Positions 9,320-19,373 of a stretch of 64,000 nucleotides of DNA are shown in pieces. Position 1 is the stretch's first letter. The number at the start of each line of letters is the position of its first letter. Made by a program: the position numbers and the translations under genes. The stretch comes from Candidatus Latescibacterota bacterium (GTDB taxonomy: Bacteria > Latescibacterota > CBDEFO01), in the NCBI GenBank assembly GCA_965248755.1, contig OZ252149.1, forward strand, positions 2,720,001 through 2,784,000, given 5' to 3'. Under the pieces are notes generated by a model. It saw nothing but the letters and a program-made list of their open reading frames with translations. It was not told the DNA's origin and ran no database searches.

Positions 9320-10516
9320 ATGAAACCGCTGGCTCAAAATACGAGCCGGATGAAAAGGTCCGGAATAAGGGAGCTTATGGATCTTGCCTGGGCAACTCCG
9401 GGGGCCATTCATCTTGAGGTAGGCGAGCCAGATTTCCCGACGCCTGATCACATCGTAGAGGCGGCGTGCCGCGCAGCAATGGACGGCTTTACAAAATACA
9501 CGCCGAACGCGGGGATAACTCCCTTAAGGGAGGCTATCGTAAGGAAGTTTGAGAGAAAAAACAAAATAGAGGTAACTCTCGACAATATCGTCGTGACTCC
9601 CGGGGCTGTGTGTTCGATGGCTACATCGCTGCTTGCCTTGATAGATCACGAAGATGAGGTATTGATCCCCGATCCTGGATGGCCCAACTATGAGATGATG
9701 GTCTTGTCTCAAGGCGGCGTCCCCGTAGGTTATCCTCTGGATAGGCATAGGGGGTTTAAGGTCGCTCTGGACGCCTTTGAAAGTAAAATAAGCCCAAAGA
9801 CGAAGGTGATTATCTTAAATAGCCCGTCCAATCCGACCGGAGGAGTGCTGCAGGAGGAGACGCTCAAAAGCTTGATGGAGATAGCCTCAAAGTGGGACTT
9901 ATATGTGATCTCCGATGAGATATACGAAGATATAATATACGACGGAGAACACATAAGTACAGCAAGATTTGATAGCGATGGTAGAGTACTGACCGTATCT
10001 GGTGTATCTAAGAGCTACGCCATGACGGGCTGGAGAATCGGCTACGTTGCCGCTCCTTTAGATATTGCCCCAGTCATTGCCAAGATACAGGAGCCTTACG
10101 TATCGTGTCCAGTATCTGTGTCCCAGGTAGCCGCTCAGGCGGCTTTGGAAGGACCGGACGACTGTGTAAAAGATATGGTAAAAGCTTACAAGGAGAGGAG
10201 AGACGCTGTCCTGGATATCCTTCAAGTGAACGATCTCTACAGCTACACCCCAGAAGGTGCCTTCTATCTCTTAGTGGATGTCTCACGATCGGGGATCGAT
10301 TCGTATTCCTTCGCGTTGGAGCTCTTAAAGGAAAAAAAGGTAGCTGTTGCTCCGGGAGAGGCGTTCGGAATTGCGGCAAAGGACTATATAAGGATATCCT
10401 TCGGAGCTCACAAGGACAATCTGATAGAAGGTACAAACAGATTGTGCGATTTCATCTGGCAAAAATCGTTACAGAGTGAAACTAACAGAGTCTTGGAACG
10501 GAGATCGTCTTTATGA
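9320..10516 (+). CDS. PLP-dependent aminotransferase class I/II (AspC-like)
   Basis: GEPDF, NSPSNPTG, SDEIY, SKSYAMTGWRIG. Confidence 0.93.
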   Translation: MKPLAQNTSRMKRSGIRELMDLAWATPGAIHLEVGEPDFPTPDHIVEAACRAAMDGFTKYTPNAGITPLREAIVRKFERKNKIEVTLDNIVVTPGAVCSMATSLLALIDHEDEVLIPDPGWPNYEMMVLSQGGVPVGYPLDRHRGFKVALDAFESKISPKTKVIILNSPSNPTGGVLQEETLKSLMEIASKWDLYVISDEIYEDIIYDGEHISTARFDSDGRVLTVSGVSKSYAMTGWRIGYVAAPLDIAPVIAKIQEPYVSCPVSVSQVAAQAALEGPDDCVKDMVKAYKERRDAVLDILQVNDLYSYTPEGAFYLLVDVSRSGIDSYSFALELLKEKKVAVAPGEAFGIAAKDYIRISFGAHKDNLIEGTNRLCDFIWQKSLQSETNRVLERRSSL

Positions 10517-11676
10517 GATTAAAGAGCGGATACTCTGCTCTATTTGTCTGTCTTTCTTTTCTTTGGGGGTGTGGGGAAAATCAGATCAAAGTTGAAATAA
10601 GGGGAACAGAAGGAAAGGTGAGGGTCCACGCTGAGGACATCGTGATAAATTTCAGCGAGTTAGTTCAGGGCGAGTATCTCTTCACAGGTGAGTACATCCT
10701 TAGTGGTGAACTAAGGAGCGGTGTCTACCCTATATCAGCGGCAGTGGGCACTTATTTGGAGGGTAAGGAGGTTAAAGTCGATGGCAAACCTATCCTGCCG
10801 TGGAGCGTGAATATCTATGCTGTCTCATTCGACGTGCCTCCGGGAATGCATGACATGGACATGAAAGGAACTATAGCATTTGCTACTAATATGGAGGGAG
10901 ACCACAATTGGGAGGTATATTCGATCAATGTGGACGGCTCAAATATGAAGAACCTGTCGCAAGATGCGGGATCGGACAGCGAACCTGTGTGGTCGCCCGA
11001 TGGAACGAAGATAGCCTTTGTAACGGATAGAAATAAGGGCATGTTAAATAAAGATATATACGTAATGGATGCTGATGGCTCGAATCAGATCCAGCTTACT
11101 ACTTATCAGGATAAGGACTACAACCCTGCCTGGTCTCCCGATGGGGAGAGAGTCGTCTTTGTGAGCGACAGGGCAAAAAAGCCGCAGATATTTATTATGA
11201 ACTCTGACGGAAGCGGCATAGAAAAGATCAACGACGGAAAGGGCTCAGCAAGGAGTCCCTCCTTTACGCCTGATGGCAAGAGGATTGTATTTCAAAGCGA
11301 CAGGAACGGTTATGACGATATATATTCTATGAACATAGACGGATCGGATATTGTGCAGTTGACAAATCATAAGGAGTACGACTGGTTCCCAGCTTGGTCT
11401 CCGGATGGATCAAAGATACTATTTTCTTCCAGCAGAAAGGGCGCACGGGAGATATACGTAATGATGAAGGACGGAAGATGGAAGACGAGGCTCACCAAGA
11501 CTGAGGATTACTACGAATGGTCCCCCGTGTGGTCGCCGGACGGCAAGGGACTTGCGTTTGCAGGCAATGCAGACGGGGATTACGAAATCTACATAATGAA
11601 CACATCAGGGGAGGGCTTGAAGAAGATCACAGATAACAGTAGTGATGAACGGTATCCCAGTTGGAGAGGCTTTTGA
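10513..11676 (+). CDS. TolB-like beta-propeller lipoprotein (PD40 repeats)
   Basis: Lipobox LWGC; repeated P.WSPDG..I.F.S.R units. Confidence 0.88.
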   Translation: MRLKSGYSALFVCLSFLWGCGENQIKVEIRGTEGKVRVHAEDIVINFSELVQGEYLFTGEYILSGELRSGVYPISAAVGTYLEGKEVKVDGKPILPWSVNIYAVSFDVPPGMHDMDMKGTIAFATNMEGDHNWEVYSINVDGSNMKNLSQDAGSDSEPVWSPDGTKIAFVTDRNKGMLNKDIYVMDADGSNQIQLTTYQDKDYNPAWSPDGERVVFVSDRAKKPQIFIMNSDGSGIEKINDGKGSARSPSFTPDGKRIVFQSDRNGYDDIYSMNIDGSDIVQLTNHKEYDWFPAWSPDGSKILFSSSRKGAREIYVMMKDGRWKTRLTKTEDYYEWSPVWSPDGKGLAFAGNADGDYEIYIMNTSGEGLKKITDNSSDERYPSWRGF

Positions 11677-11807
11677 AAAGCCTTTGAGATTTGCTCAATT
11701 TCCAAGAAAATATCTAAATTCTTGAAACAAGAATAGTCAAAGGTAAGTCCTAATTAAATAAAGGTGTGTCTTAATCTCTTTACAACGTTAGGAAAGGAGG
11801 GAGTCGG

Positions 11808-12521
11808 ATGAAGGTAAAATACACGTGGGGGGCATGGTTAGCTGTTGGAGTCTTCCTGCTTCTGGGGTGCGCTTCGACAGGTAAGTCCAGCAAAGAGTCC
11901 CGATGGGAGACGATACCGGAGGGCAAAGGGCACCTTATCCTGGAGGCCGGAGGGATTCCCGAGCTCGATTTCAGGATTGTAGACCAAGCCACAGATGACG
12001 TGGTGGTCAAGCACGTTGGAAGGGGAAGTGGCTGGGCTCGTTCTCCGAGAACTTACGAGAAGTCCTTTCAGGAGTCCGGGCTTCAGGAATTCGTGGATCC
12101 GGGGGTATATAAGGTGGTAGTCGATACAGACTTAGATCGGGATGACCCGATCGTGATTGAAGATGTGGTTATAACGGCGGGACAGCGAAAGTATATCAGA
12201 ATTCCTGTGGGGAGATTCAGCGTAATCGTCACACAGATTTCCGGCTCCGGAGACACTCAAACGTCTCGGAAGGTCCAGATGCCCTTTACAGTTTTGGATT
12301 ACGGTTTGGACACGGTCCTTATGACAAGGGGGATGACATCCACACAGGTTAAATACTTTGTCGTTCCTGTGGGTGCTTATAGGGTCAAATTAGAACGCCG
12401 GGGACCCCGTGGTACGGACTCACAGCAGCATATCAAGGACCTGGCCATCAAATTCGGACAGGTGTGGCCTGTTCAGATCGAATTAGGAGAAACTACCGCA
12501 CAACCTGAAGAGGGACAGTAG
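11808..12521 (+). CDS. Hypothetical lipoprotein (beta-rich)
   Basis: GGAGG RBS, lipobox LLGC, 237-aa ORF in operon context. Confidence 0.75.
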   Translation: MKVKYTWGAWLAVGVFLLLGCASTGKSSKESRWETIPEGKGHLILEAGGIPELDFRIVDQATDDVVVKHVGRGSGWARSPRTYEKSFQESGLQEFVDPGVYKVVVDTDLDRDDPIVIEDVVITAGQRKYIRIPVGRFSVIVTQISGSGDTQTSRKVQMPFTVLDYGLDTVLMTRGMTSTQVKYFVVPVGAYRVKLERRGPRGTDSQQHIKDLAIKFGQVWPVQIELGETTAQPEEGQ

Positions 12522-12560
12522 CAGCAAACCAGGGTGCTAAATTCTATTTATGGAGATGAA

Positions 12561-13145
12561 ATGAAAAGGCTTGAGGTCGTACTATTAATTGCGCTCCTTG
12601 TCTCGGTTATCTCCTCAAATTTGTACGCCGGACCGAGAGCCACTGTGGTGGACAGATTAGGAAACAGATTCGAGGTCTCCAATCTGAAGTACTACGGAAG
12701 GCAGAGCTTCGACTTCATAACAAGGGATGGAAGGAAGAGATTGAAGTTTGAGAAGATGAAAAAGATACAGTTTATGGGTGAAAGGAACGATGAGGAGCAG
12801 ACCGTGGTTATTACTCTTCCGGACGGAAAGACCATCTCCGCTACGAAGTTTGTGGGGAGTTCGGACAGATATCAAGGTGGGGGCTCAGGCGCTCGGGCAC
12901 TCGGATCTGGTATGTACCTTTCGGGTCAGACAAAGTTAGGGAAATTCGAACTGAATCTGAAGGATACTAAAGAGATCATTATCCATCACTACCAATTGGT
13001 AAGGAAATGTCCGGTGGACAACAGAATCTTCGAACAGAAAGGGTACAGATTTTGCCCATATCATGGAGAAAGGCTGGAGGAGATAGAGCAGAAAGAAGGT
13101 AAAGCAAAGTCTTCTGAGGTTGAGTCGAAGTCAGATAACAAGTGA
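12561..13145 (+). CDS. Hypothetical secreted protein with C-terminal CPxD...CPYH metal-ribbon motif
   Basis: Signal peptide ending LYA; KCPVD...FCPYHG; GGAG RBS before ATG 12561. Confidence 0.7.
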   Translation: MKRLEVVLLIALLVSVISSNLYAGPRATVVDRLGNRFEVSNLKYYGRQSFDFITRDGRKRLKFEKMKKIQFMGERNDEEQTVVITLPDGKTISATKFVGSSDRYQGGGSGARALGSGMYLSGQTKLGKFELNLKDTKEIIIHHYQLVRKCPVDNRIFEQKGYRFCPYHGERLEEIEQKEGKAKSSEVESKSDNK

Positions 13146-13165
13146 ACGCTGTGCGCAAAAAAACC

Positions 13166-13192
13166 TTGACAAATCACTCTGCTTGTTATATT
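13166..13192 (+). promoter_or_regulatory. Putative sigma70 promoter in front of a ~380-nt leader
   Basis: TTGACA 13166-13171 and TGnTATATT extended -10 (short spacing). Confidence 0.5.
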
Positions 13193-13243
13193 TTATAGCG
13201 TTAAACATGTATCGTGCCGTAGCGAAGTGAAGTTTGGCTTGTG

Positions 13244-13521
13244 CCTTGATCTCCCAGAATACAGACTATACGGGGTCTGTAGGAGATGGCAAGGTCTGGG
13301 AGAGCATGGGTAAACCTGTTCCAGTTCGAATGAGAGAGTTAATATACCTGTAAGTAATTAGTTGTCGGAAAGACCATCACCCAAAAGGGCCTCCAGAAAG
13401 CCGGTGTGGGCACGTCGCGCGTTGCTGGAAACCGTCTTTCCAGTAGGTATTAAGTTACAGCAACCCGCAAATGGGCGGCGTGGTCACTTTGCTTGGCAGG
13501 TAGGAAGCCACGAAGTGGTCG
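13244..13521 (+). ncRNA. Candidate structured 5' leader RNA (no family assigned)
   Basis: Multiple stems found by eye, including mutually exclusive pairings; see findings. Confidence 0.35.
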
Positions 13522-13574
13522 GAGAACTTGCTTGGGGGAAAAACGTATCAACTTCACAGCGAGGGGTATCTACG

Positions 13575-14318
13575 ATGAAGCTTATAAGCTATCTTAAGTG
13601 GACAGTGGTTCTAGCAATGCCTTTGGGTCTCTTCGGATGCGGCTATCGTTACTATGCGGGTCCCTTGGAACCACTGGATGAGTCTCGCCAGACCTCAGGA
13701 TCTCAGGTGTTCGACGATGGAACAGTTACCTATGCTATGGACAGACTTGAAATTAGTCTGAGACCTATGACTGACGAGGAGTTGAATAGACAATTTGCGT
13801 CTGATTCTCAAAGTGGAGCCAGATCCACTAATCCCTATACATTCGGCAACTCGCAATACTGGGCTTTAAGAGAGACTCCTCAGAGGTTTACGGTAATGGA
13901 TCTCAGAGTTAAGAACTACGAGTTTGCCAAGATGCAGCTGGACCCTTCAAACATATTCATGACTACAGGAAACGGCAGGGAATACTCTTCTCTCAGCCTG
14001 CAGCAATTGGATACATACTATAGGATTTATGCTACAGGGTATAGAGGGAACGAGTTTGCCGAGTATGACCAAAGAAGGGATATCTTGGACAGAACTATGT
14101 TCCCTCCAGATCCCATCTTCAGCGGCCTGGAGGAGCAGGGATACGTGATCTTTGAGAGGCTTCACGACGACGTAAAGGATATCAAAGTCCTTATTAAGGA
14201 TATAGTTTTGCGGTTCGATTTCAGGGGAGAACCAGCGGAGACAGCGGACGTGGAGTTTTTCTTCCAAAGGGAGACAGGTAAGGTCTACAAGGACGGCAGA
14301 AAGGTTGTAAAGAATTGA
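13575..14318 (+). CDS. Hypothetical lipoprotein
   Basis: GAGGGG RBS, MKLISYLKW...LFGC lipobox; the upstream ORF extension from 13362 is not supported. Confidence 0.8.
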   Translation: MKLISYLKWTVVLAMPLGLFGCGYRYYAGPLEPLDESRQTSGSQVFDDGTVTYAMDRLEISLRPMTDEELNRQFASDSQSGARSTNPYTFGNSQYWALRETPQRFTVMDLRVKNYEFAKMQLDPSNIFMTTGNGREYSSLSLQQLDTYYRIYATGYRGNEFAEYDQRRDILDRTMFPPDPIFSGLEEQGYVIFERLHDDVKDIKVLIKDIVLRFDFRGEPAETADVEFFFQRETGKVYKDGRKVVKN

Positions 14319-14396
14319 TGAGAGGTTATTTATATGACCTGTTGAATGAATCAAGAGGGAATTTTCATCTTTAAAGGCAGAAAGGAGTGAATCCCT

Positions 14397-15338
14397 ATGT
14401 ACAGGTTGCTAAGCATTATGTTCGTGACCACATTATTTGTGGCATTTGGATATGGTCAGGTGTACGGTTTTTTAGATGCTGGGACACAGGCCAGGTCTAT
14501 GGCGATGGGAGGTAGTTTTGTGGCGGTGGCGGACGATCAGGATGCGATTTTTTTGAATCCGTCGGGTCTTGATCAGATAGAAGGGAAGGTCGCTTCGTAT
14601 ACGAATGTGAGTTTACTGTTGACAGGAGTGGAGGGAGATAATTTGGGTCAGCACATACTGACTTACGTTCATCCTCTTGGTGGTAATGTGGGTACATTGG
14701 GTTTTGGGTATCAGCGGGTGGGGAGTGACAGTTTTAATGAGAATGGATTTACGGCAAGTTGGGGGAAGGAGTTTGGCAGGGGTATTAGCCTTGGTTTGGG
14801 GTTGAGTTATTTGTGGTGGAGTGTGGGGGACATACCGCCTGATGGAGGTAGGGCGGATCCGTTGTCTGGGGAGAGCAGTGGGAATATAGGAGTAGACATA
14901 GGTGGATTATGGAGGAGTCCTTGGGATTTTAGTTTGGGGTTATTTTTGAAGGACATAAATGAACCGGATATATCCAAGGATGGGGGTAATATAGCTGGGC
15001 AATCTGATGCGGGCAAGTTGCCGTTTGACATACATTTTGGTGGTAGTTATCGTCTTGAGAGGGGTTTATTGAGTGTAGATTATGTAGTAATGGATGTAGG
15101 TGGGGAGGGAGATACCGACACGAGGTTATTTTTTGGGGGTGAGGCAGAGTTGGTAGAGGGGTTTAGTCTGCGTGCGGGAGGCAATAGGATATTTGAGGAG
15201 GGGAGCAAGGGTGGAGGAAATGTGGGGTTGGGATATGAGTTTGCCAATGGGTTAGATTTTGATTATAGTTACAATATTCCTTTAGATGCGGTGGAGACTG
15301 AAGGCAGTCACCGATTCAGCTTCGGATATAAATTCTAG
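14397..15338 (+). CDS. Outer-membrane beta-barrel, PorV/UPF0164-like (copy 1)
   Basis: Signal peptide; ARSMAMGG.FVAVADD..AIFLNPSGL motif; alternating beta strands; C-terminal SHRFSFGYKF. Confidence 0.82.
   Translation: MYRLLSIMFVTTLFVAFGYGQVYGFLDAGTQARSMAMGGSFVAVADDQDAIFLNPSGLDQIEGKVASYTNVSLLLTGVEGDNLGQHILTYVHPLGGNVGTLGFGYQRVGSDSFNENGFTASWGKEFGRGISLGLGLSYLWWSVGDIPPDGGRADPLSGESSGNIGVDIGGLWRSPWDFSLGLFLKDINEPDISKDGGNIAGQSDAGKLPFDIHFGGSYRLERGLLSVDYVVMDVGGEGDTDTRLFFGGEAELVEGFSLRAGGNRIFEEGSKGGGNVGLGYEFANGLDFDYSYNIPLDAVETEGSHRFSFGYKF
14453..15338 (+). repeat. Long direct repeat, copy 1 (copy 2 at 21104-22010)
   Basis: Near-identical nucleotide sequence over the mature barrel-coding region. Confidence 0.95.
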
Positions 15339-15380
15339 CTTGTGATTCAGGTAATCAGGGTCGATTAAGGAGGGAAAGAC

Positions 15381-18300
15381 ATGTCGGCGGGCATAATTAT
15401 ACTTATAGCGGCTGGGATAGCTGGATTCGGAAGCAGTTTGTTTTTGCCTGTCCCGCAGAGCCTCAGAACGCATTTCGATGCCGCTCAAGAGTTCTACGTC
15501 CTTGGAGAGTACCAGTACGCCATTAACGAGTACTCCAAGATCACCGATTTCGACAGTAAGGTTGTGGATGAGGACAAAATAGAGGTGGAGTTTCTTGGCG
15601 GGCAGGAGCTCCCCATCAAGGATGCTGCGTGGTATCAACTCGGCCAGTCGTATAAAAAGAGCGATCGGTTCGACCAGGCGACAGATGCCTTCAGGCAAGT
15701 TATTGAAAGTCCAACAGTAGCCGAGGACTTTAAAGCCACCGTGCAGTTTGAAATCGCCAACACAAGGTTCCTAAGAGGAGAATTTGCAGAAGCTGCAGAA
15801 GAGTACGACACTTATAGAGAGATATTCCCTAACTCTCATAAAGTCGGAGAGGCCTTCTTCAGGGGAGGATGGAGCCGATTTAAGATGGGGAGCTATGATG
15901 ATGCTATAGCCACATTAGAGGATATGCTTGCAGACTATGCCGATGACAAGTTCGCTCCTGATGCGCAGTTCAGGATAGGCAGTTCATACTTTGAAAAAGG
16001 GGAGTACGAAAGGGCTATTGAGATGTGCTCTAGGGTTCTGCAAAATTACCCTGAGAGTACTACGATAGCCAACGCCACTTATCTGAGAGCCAACAGTCTG
16101 GATAAGATGGAAAGGAGCGATGAAGCAATAGAGTCTTATCAAGAGGTCATAGACCTCTACGAGAGGATGTTCGATCTGCTGCGGGCTTCGTTTCGAGAGG
16201 GCAAGAACGTAGACTTCGACGAATACAACAAACTCTTTCAAACCTCCTTTCTGAGGATAGCTGAGATACAAAGAGCCAACGGAGATTTCGATAAAGCCTT
16301 AACGACATATATTCTGGCCCAGGAGAAGGTGGAGGAAAGATCCTCTATAGCTGGCATCCAGATGAGAATCGGCGATAATTACAAGGCCTGGGGCGTCCAG
16401 GATAAGACTAAATACGACGATGCATGGGAAGCTTATAACAAGGTGATAACGCTCTATGCAGGCACGGAGCTTCCCCCAAGCGCTCAGTATAACAAGGGTG
16501 AGTCCAGGTACCTTGCTGGCAAATACGAAGAAGCTCGAAACGACTATTTGAAGCTGCAGGACGATTATCCCGATACACAGACCGACCTTTTGGCCAACGC
16601 CCTGTACAGCGCAGGGTCGTCCTCAGAAAAGCTCAAGCAGAACGACAGGGCGCTGGAGTTCTACACCCAGGTCGCCGATAGATACCCCCGCTCCGAGAGC
16701 GCTCCTAATTGTCTTTTAAGGATAGGAGGTATTCTAGACTCAAAAGGTGAGGGCGATGAGGCACAGGTTGTCTATCAGAGGATCATCGACAACTACGACG
16801 ACCCCAAGGTCGCAGGAGACGCTAAGTTCTATTTGGGAGTTATCTATAAAGATAAAAAGGACAACCAAAAAGCGCTGCAGCTTTTTGGTGAGGTCCCAAG
16901 AGAGAACGGACGCACCTACATTGCCGCCCTGATGGAAGCGGCAAAGCTTTATACAGAACTGGGAAAGATCCAAGATGCTAAAAGCACAATAGCGGCTATT
17001 CTAGAGGGTGTGGCTGGAGATCCAGAATTGGAGGCTCTCGCCCACTATCAGATCGGAGTCTTAAACGCCAATGCACAGGATTACAGGAGAGCGGTAGATG
17101 AATACTCCATTGTGATAGATAACTATCCTGAGGATAAGCTGGTAAGTAGTGCATATTTTGGACGGGCTTTGGCCCAGCAGCACCTCCAGAGTTTCCAGAA
17201 GTCTCTTTCGGATTATCAGTTCGTATTAAAAAGCGATGAAAGTGAAGAGCTGAAGGTCAAGTCCCTATTTGCGATGGCAATAGTGTACACAGCTTTGGAG
17301 AGGTACGATGAAGCTGATAAGTTCTTAATTGAGGTGGTCGAAAAGGGAGATGAGGGCCTACAGAGGAACGCAAGGCTGCAAAGGGCAGCTATAGCGGAAA
17401 GAGAGGGACCCGAAAAAGCGATAGTACGATACGAAGAAATTCTGGATCAGGAGAAAGACCCTGAGGAAAGGGCAAAGATCTTGCTGCGTCTTGCAAATGC
17501 TTACCTGAAGACAAACAAAATGGAGGATGCGGTTAAGACATCTGACGCACTGATCTCTCTCTTCGAGACGAACCCGGAGGCCACATCGAGCGATCAGATA
17601 GCCTCGGCATTTTATATAAAAGGAAACGTCTACTACCAACAGGAGGATTATTTACGAGCGGCGGAGAACTTCGGAACAGTGGTAAGAGACTATCCAAATG
17701 CCGTAATAGCCTTAAACTCTCTGCTTCAGCAGGGACTTTCGTATTTCAACATGGACGTTGAGAGGATTGACGAAAGTATAGAGGCGTTTGAGAAATTCTA
17801 CCAGAAGTATCCGGACAATGAAAACGCTCCTTCTGCTCACTACTACGCAGCGTGGGGGAACTATCGAAGGGGGACGTGGCAGCAAGCGTCCGACACATTC
17901 CAGACGCTTGCGAGAAGCTATCCCCAAAGCAGATACGCTGCCGAAGCCCTTTACAGGTCGAGTGAAGCCAACTTCAATCTGCAGAAATTTGAGGAGTCGC
18001 TGGATCTCTTTCAGAGCGTCCTTGATAAATATCCTGATTCTCCTTACGTAGTTGACGCTCTGTATTCCAAGGCTTGGTCTTTTGTGCGTCTTGAACGAAC
18101 AGAGGAAGCGGTTCCGGTCTTTGAGAAGATTGTAGCTGAGCATAAGGACTCCAGATACGGTGAGAACAGCCAATTCACGCTGGGAGATTATTACTACGGA
18201 AAGGAGGACTACGAAAACGCAGCCAATGAGTACGAGAAATATATCAGCTTCTTCCCAAAAGGCGAGCTTGTTCCAAAGGCCAATTACCTTTTAGGTCATT

Positions 18301-18599
18301 TAGCTGAGATCAATGCGTACAGACTCTATCAACAGGGAGAAAAGCTGTTCGACGAGGAAAATTACGATGAGGCAATAGCGATATTCAAGCGTGTAAGAGA
18401 CGAGTTTCCTACCAGCGATACAGCGGTCAATGCTATGACTAATATGGGGGCGGCTTATCAATCCAGAGAGGATTATGGCGAAGCGGCTGAGATCTACAAG
18501 GAGCTTGTTCAGAAGTACGGGGATGATCCCAAGTACATTCCACAAACGGAATTTGCCAAGTCTCAAATAACGGCTTTGCAAGAGGCTGGAGCTATTTAA
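15381..18599 (+). CDS. Large tetratricopeptide-repeat protein (1072 aa; BamD/YbgF-like repeats)
   Basis: N-terminal hydrophobic segment; many A.F..G..Y....Y..A...F..V...YP.S units. Confidence 0.9.
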   Translation: MSAGIIILIAAGIAGFGSSLFLPVPQSLRTHFDAAQEFYVLGEYQYAINEYSKITDFDSKVVDEDKIEVEFLGGQELPIKDAAWYQLGQSYKKSDRFDQATDAFRQVIESPTVAEDFKATVQFEIANTRFLRGEFAEAAEEYDTYREIFPNSHKVGEAFFRGGWSRFKMGSYDDAIATLEDMLADYADDKFAPDAQFRIGSSYFEKGEYERAIEMCSRVLQNYPESTTIANATYLRANSLDKMERSDEAIESYQEVIDLYERMFDLLRASFREGKNVDFDEYNKLFQTSFLRIAEIQRANGDFDKALTTYILAQEKVEERSSIAGIQMRIGDNYKAWGVQDKTKYDDAWEAYNKVITLYAGTELPPSAQYNKGESRYLAGKYEEARNDYLKLQDDYPDTQTDLLANALYSAGSSSEKLKQNDRALEFYTQVADRYPRSESAPNCLLRIGGILDSKGEGDEAQVVYQRIIDNYDDPKVAGDAKFYLGVIYKDKKDNQKALQLFGEVPRENGRTYIAALMEAAKLYTELGKIQDAKSTIAAILEGVAGDPELEALAHYQIGVLNANAQDYRRAVDEYSIVIDNYPEDKLVSSAYFGRALAQQHLQSFQKSLSDYQFVLKSDESEELKVKSLFAMAIVYTALERYDEADKFLIEVVEKGDEGLQRNARLQRAAIAEREGPEKAIVRYEEILDQEKDPEERAKILLRLANAYLKTNKMEDAVKTSDALISLFETNPEATSSDQIASAFYIKGNVYYQQEDYLRAAENFGTVVRDYPNAVIALNSLLQQGLSYFNMDVERIDESIEAFEKFYQKYPDNENAPSAHYYAAWGNYRRGTWQQASDTFQTLARSYPQSRYAAEALYRSSEANFNLQKFEESLDLFQSVLDKYPDSPYVVDALYSKAWSFVRLERTEEAVPVFEKIVAEHKDSRYGENSQFTLGDYYYGKEDYENAANEYEKYISFFPKGELVPKANYLLGHLAEINAYRLYQQGEKLFDEENYDEAIAIFKRVRDEFPTSDTAVNAMTNMGAAYQSREDYGEAAEIYKELVQKYGDDPKYIPQTEFAKSQITALQEAGAI

Positions 18600-18629
18600 C
18601 GACGAAATCTTTAAGAGGAGGGTTTTCAA

Positions 18630-19289
18630 ATGGTCAGACTCTTCAATGAGGGCGGTCCCTTTATGTGGTTATTGCTGGCGTGGTCTATCGGCGTGTTGGG
18701 CTTTGCCCTCGAGCGCTTCTTTACCTACTGGAGAACCAGGAGTGAGGATGGCATCTCTCGGGTGACTTCAGATCTTATCGCTCAGGTGGAATCCGGAGCC
18801 GGTACAGAGGAGCTTGAGGGTGGGTGCGAAGCCCTGGGCAGGCTCGAAGGCGCCGCCTTGGGAGCAGGTTGTGATCGCTACCGTCACCTATCGACGGAAC
18901 AGAGGTCTTTGGAGGAGATGAGACAGGAGTTGAATGCGACTGTAGAGAGGGCATCGGTGAGCTATTTGGAGAGGTACCTTCCAGTGATAGCCTTTGTGGC
19001 ATCCTCATCTGTGCTTCTGGGACTGCTCGGCACGGTACGAGGGATGATCGTGGCTTTCCGCGGCATCGCCGAGAAGGGATTGGGTGAGCCGACTATCGTA
19101 GCTGCCGGAATCTCCGAGGCACTCATCACAACGGTAACGGGCCTGGTGATCGCCATTCCGGCCATCGCGATACACTCCTACTTCGCAGCGAAAGCCCAGA
19201 CGAAAGCTATCCAGTTTGAGCCCTACGGACATCTGTTCGTGGACTCTCTTCTGAGGAGATGGGCAAGCGGAAAGGCTTCCGAGGCGTAG
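18630..19289 (+). CDS. MotA/TolQ/ExbB proton-channel family protein
   Basis: GGPFMW, LLGLLGTVRGMI.AF, GISEALITT.TGL.IAIPA. Confidence 0.92.
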   Translation: MVRLFNEGGPFMWLLLAWSIGVLGFALERFFTYWRTRSEDGISRVTSDLIAQVESGAGTEELEGGCEALGRLEGAALGAGCDRYRHLSTEQRSLEEMRQELNATVERASVSYLERYLPVIAFVASSSVLLGLLGTVRGMIVAFRGIAEKGLGEPTIVAAGISEALITTVTGLVIAIPAIAIHSYFAAKAQTKAIQFEPYGHLFVDSLLRRWASGKASEA

Positions 19290-19373
19290 ACAGAAAGCCA
19301 CAGAACCACGTCCCAGATGGAAGCGCGGGGGGGCTATGAGTGTGGCGCTTCCGTAGTTAAGGAGGTCAAAGAT

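Noticed and set aside
13200..13574. RNase P RNA, tmRNA, c-di-GMP or c-di-AMP riboswitch
   Set aside because: Only isolated short words match (for example GGTAAACC); the diagnostic motif order is absent.
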